Of a stretch of DNA of 64,000 nt, positions 63,313 through 64,000 are shown one piece after another. The DNA is from Mobula hypostoma (lineage: Eukaryota). The notes beneath the pieces were generated by a model. That model was not told the origin of the DNA. It was given only the letters and a program-made list of their open reading frames with translations, and did no database searches. The stretch is taken from the NCBI RefSeq assembly GCF_963921235.1, contig NC_086109.1, forward strand, positions 36,892,001-36,956,000, in the 5' to 3' direction. The translations under genes and the position numbers were made by a program. Numbering within the stretch: position 1 is the first letter of the stretch; the number at the start of each line of letters is the position of its first letter.

Positions 63313-63536
63313 AACACGAGGAATTCTGCAGGTACTGGAAATTCAAGCAACACACATCAAAGTTGCTGGTGAACGCAGCAGGCCAGGCAGCATCTCTAGG
63401 AAGAGGTACGGTCGATGTTTCAGGCCAAGACCCTTAGTCCTGACGAAGGGTCTCGTCCCGAAACATCGACTGTACCTCTTCCTAGAGATGCTGCCTGGCC
63501 TGCTGCGTTCACCAGCAACTTTGATGTGTGTTGCTT
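63313..63536. mobile_element. 224-bp palindromic Penelope-like mini-insertion with a 13-bp TSD
   Basis: Arms 63343-63435 and 63446-63538. GACATTTCACCAA occurs at 63300-63312 and 63537-63549. The start ACACGAGGAATTCTGCAG is the same as at 51837. Confidence 0.9.
63436..63471 (+). ncRNA. Minimal type I hammerhead ribozyme motif with an intact CUGANGA/GAAA core
   Basis: Stem I AGTC/GACT, CTGACGA, stem II GGG..CCC, GAAA, and cleavage triplet ATC at 63465-63467. Confidence 0.72.
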
Positions 63537-64000
63537 GACATTTCACCAATTCCATTTTGTCTTTTTAATATTTTACTTGAAATCAATAACATGACCTGTG
63601 CATCGGTACATAGTCTCAGTTGTGAATGTACATGGCTAAATGATTTATTTCATAGCAATTTCTTAAAAACTGCTAAATGACATGGAATATAATCAGCCCC
63701 ATGAATAAAACTCCCCAACAGAAGCTAAGTGCTGTCAGTAGTGGAAAGATTCACACTGTGAATGTTTTTGTCAATAACGTAAACTTTCACTCATTGAGTT
63801 CACAGTCCTGCAATATCAAGTAGCTTAATGGTAATGTACTGAATTCTAACACTGATTACTATTTCATTAGACTTCATGTGATTTGTGTGCTGGGTAACAC
63901 AGTGTGGAGTCTGAGCAGTATTCAACTGAATTCCACGCACTGAAATGCTTCAGCTCAGCAACCTGCCCTAAGGGAGGGAGAAAAATTGCCTTATGTTTGG

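Overview
This window is repeat-dominated vertebrate nuclear DNA. The repeat set (CR1, Rex1/Babar-like, Penelope-like, Gypsy, L1, HERO-like) is typical of cartilaginous fishes such as rays and sharks; that taxon call is inference. No host protein-coding gene is securely identifiable, and there is one candidate exon at 3590-3763 (-). Main elements: (1) at least six large CR1 LINE copies, including a tail-to-tail pair forming a ~1-kb inverted repeat with a 10-bp spacer and a near full-length copy with an uninterrupted 975-codon APE-RT ORF2; (2) a degenerate chromodomain-bearing Gypsy; (3) a complete-architecture Gypsy provirus with paired LTRs and a tRNA-Trp-like PBS; (4) an L1-clade LINE interrupted by CR1; (5) a HERO/NeSL-like RLE LINE 3' end; (6) a tRNA SINE with a 17-bp TSD; (7) non-autonomous elements with a YY1-like head and a Rex1-like tail; (8) a TIR element hit by different retroposons at nearly the same base in two copies; (9) fold-back Penelope-like insertions with minimal hammerhead ribozyme motifs, two of them with perfect 13-bp TSDs. 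Family names come from motif recognition by eye, not from database searches.
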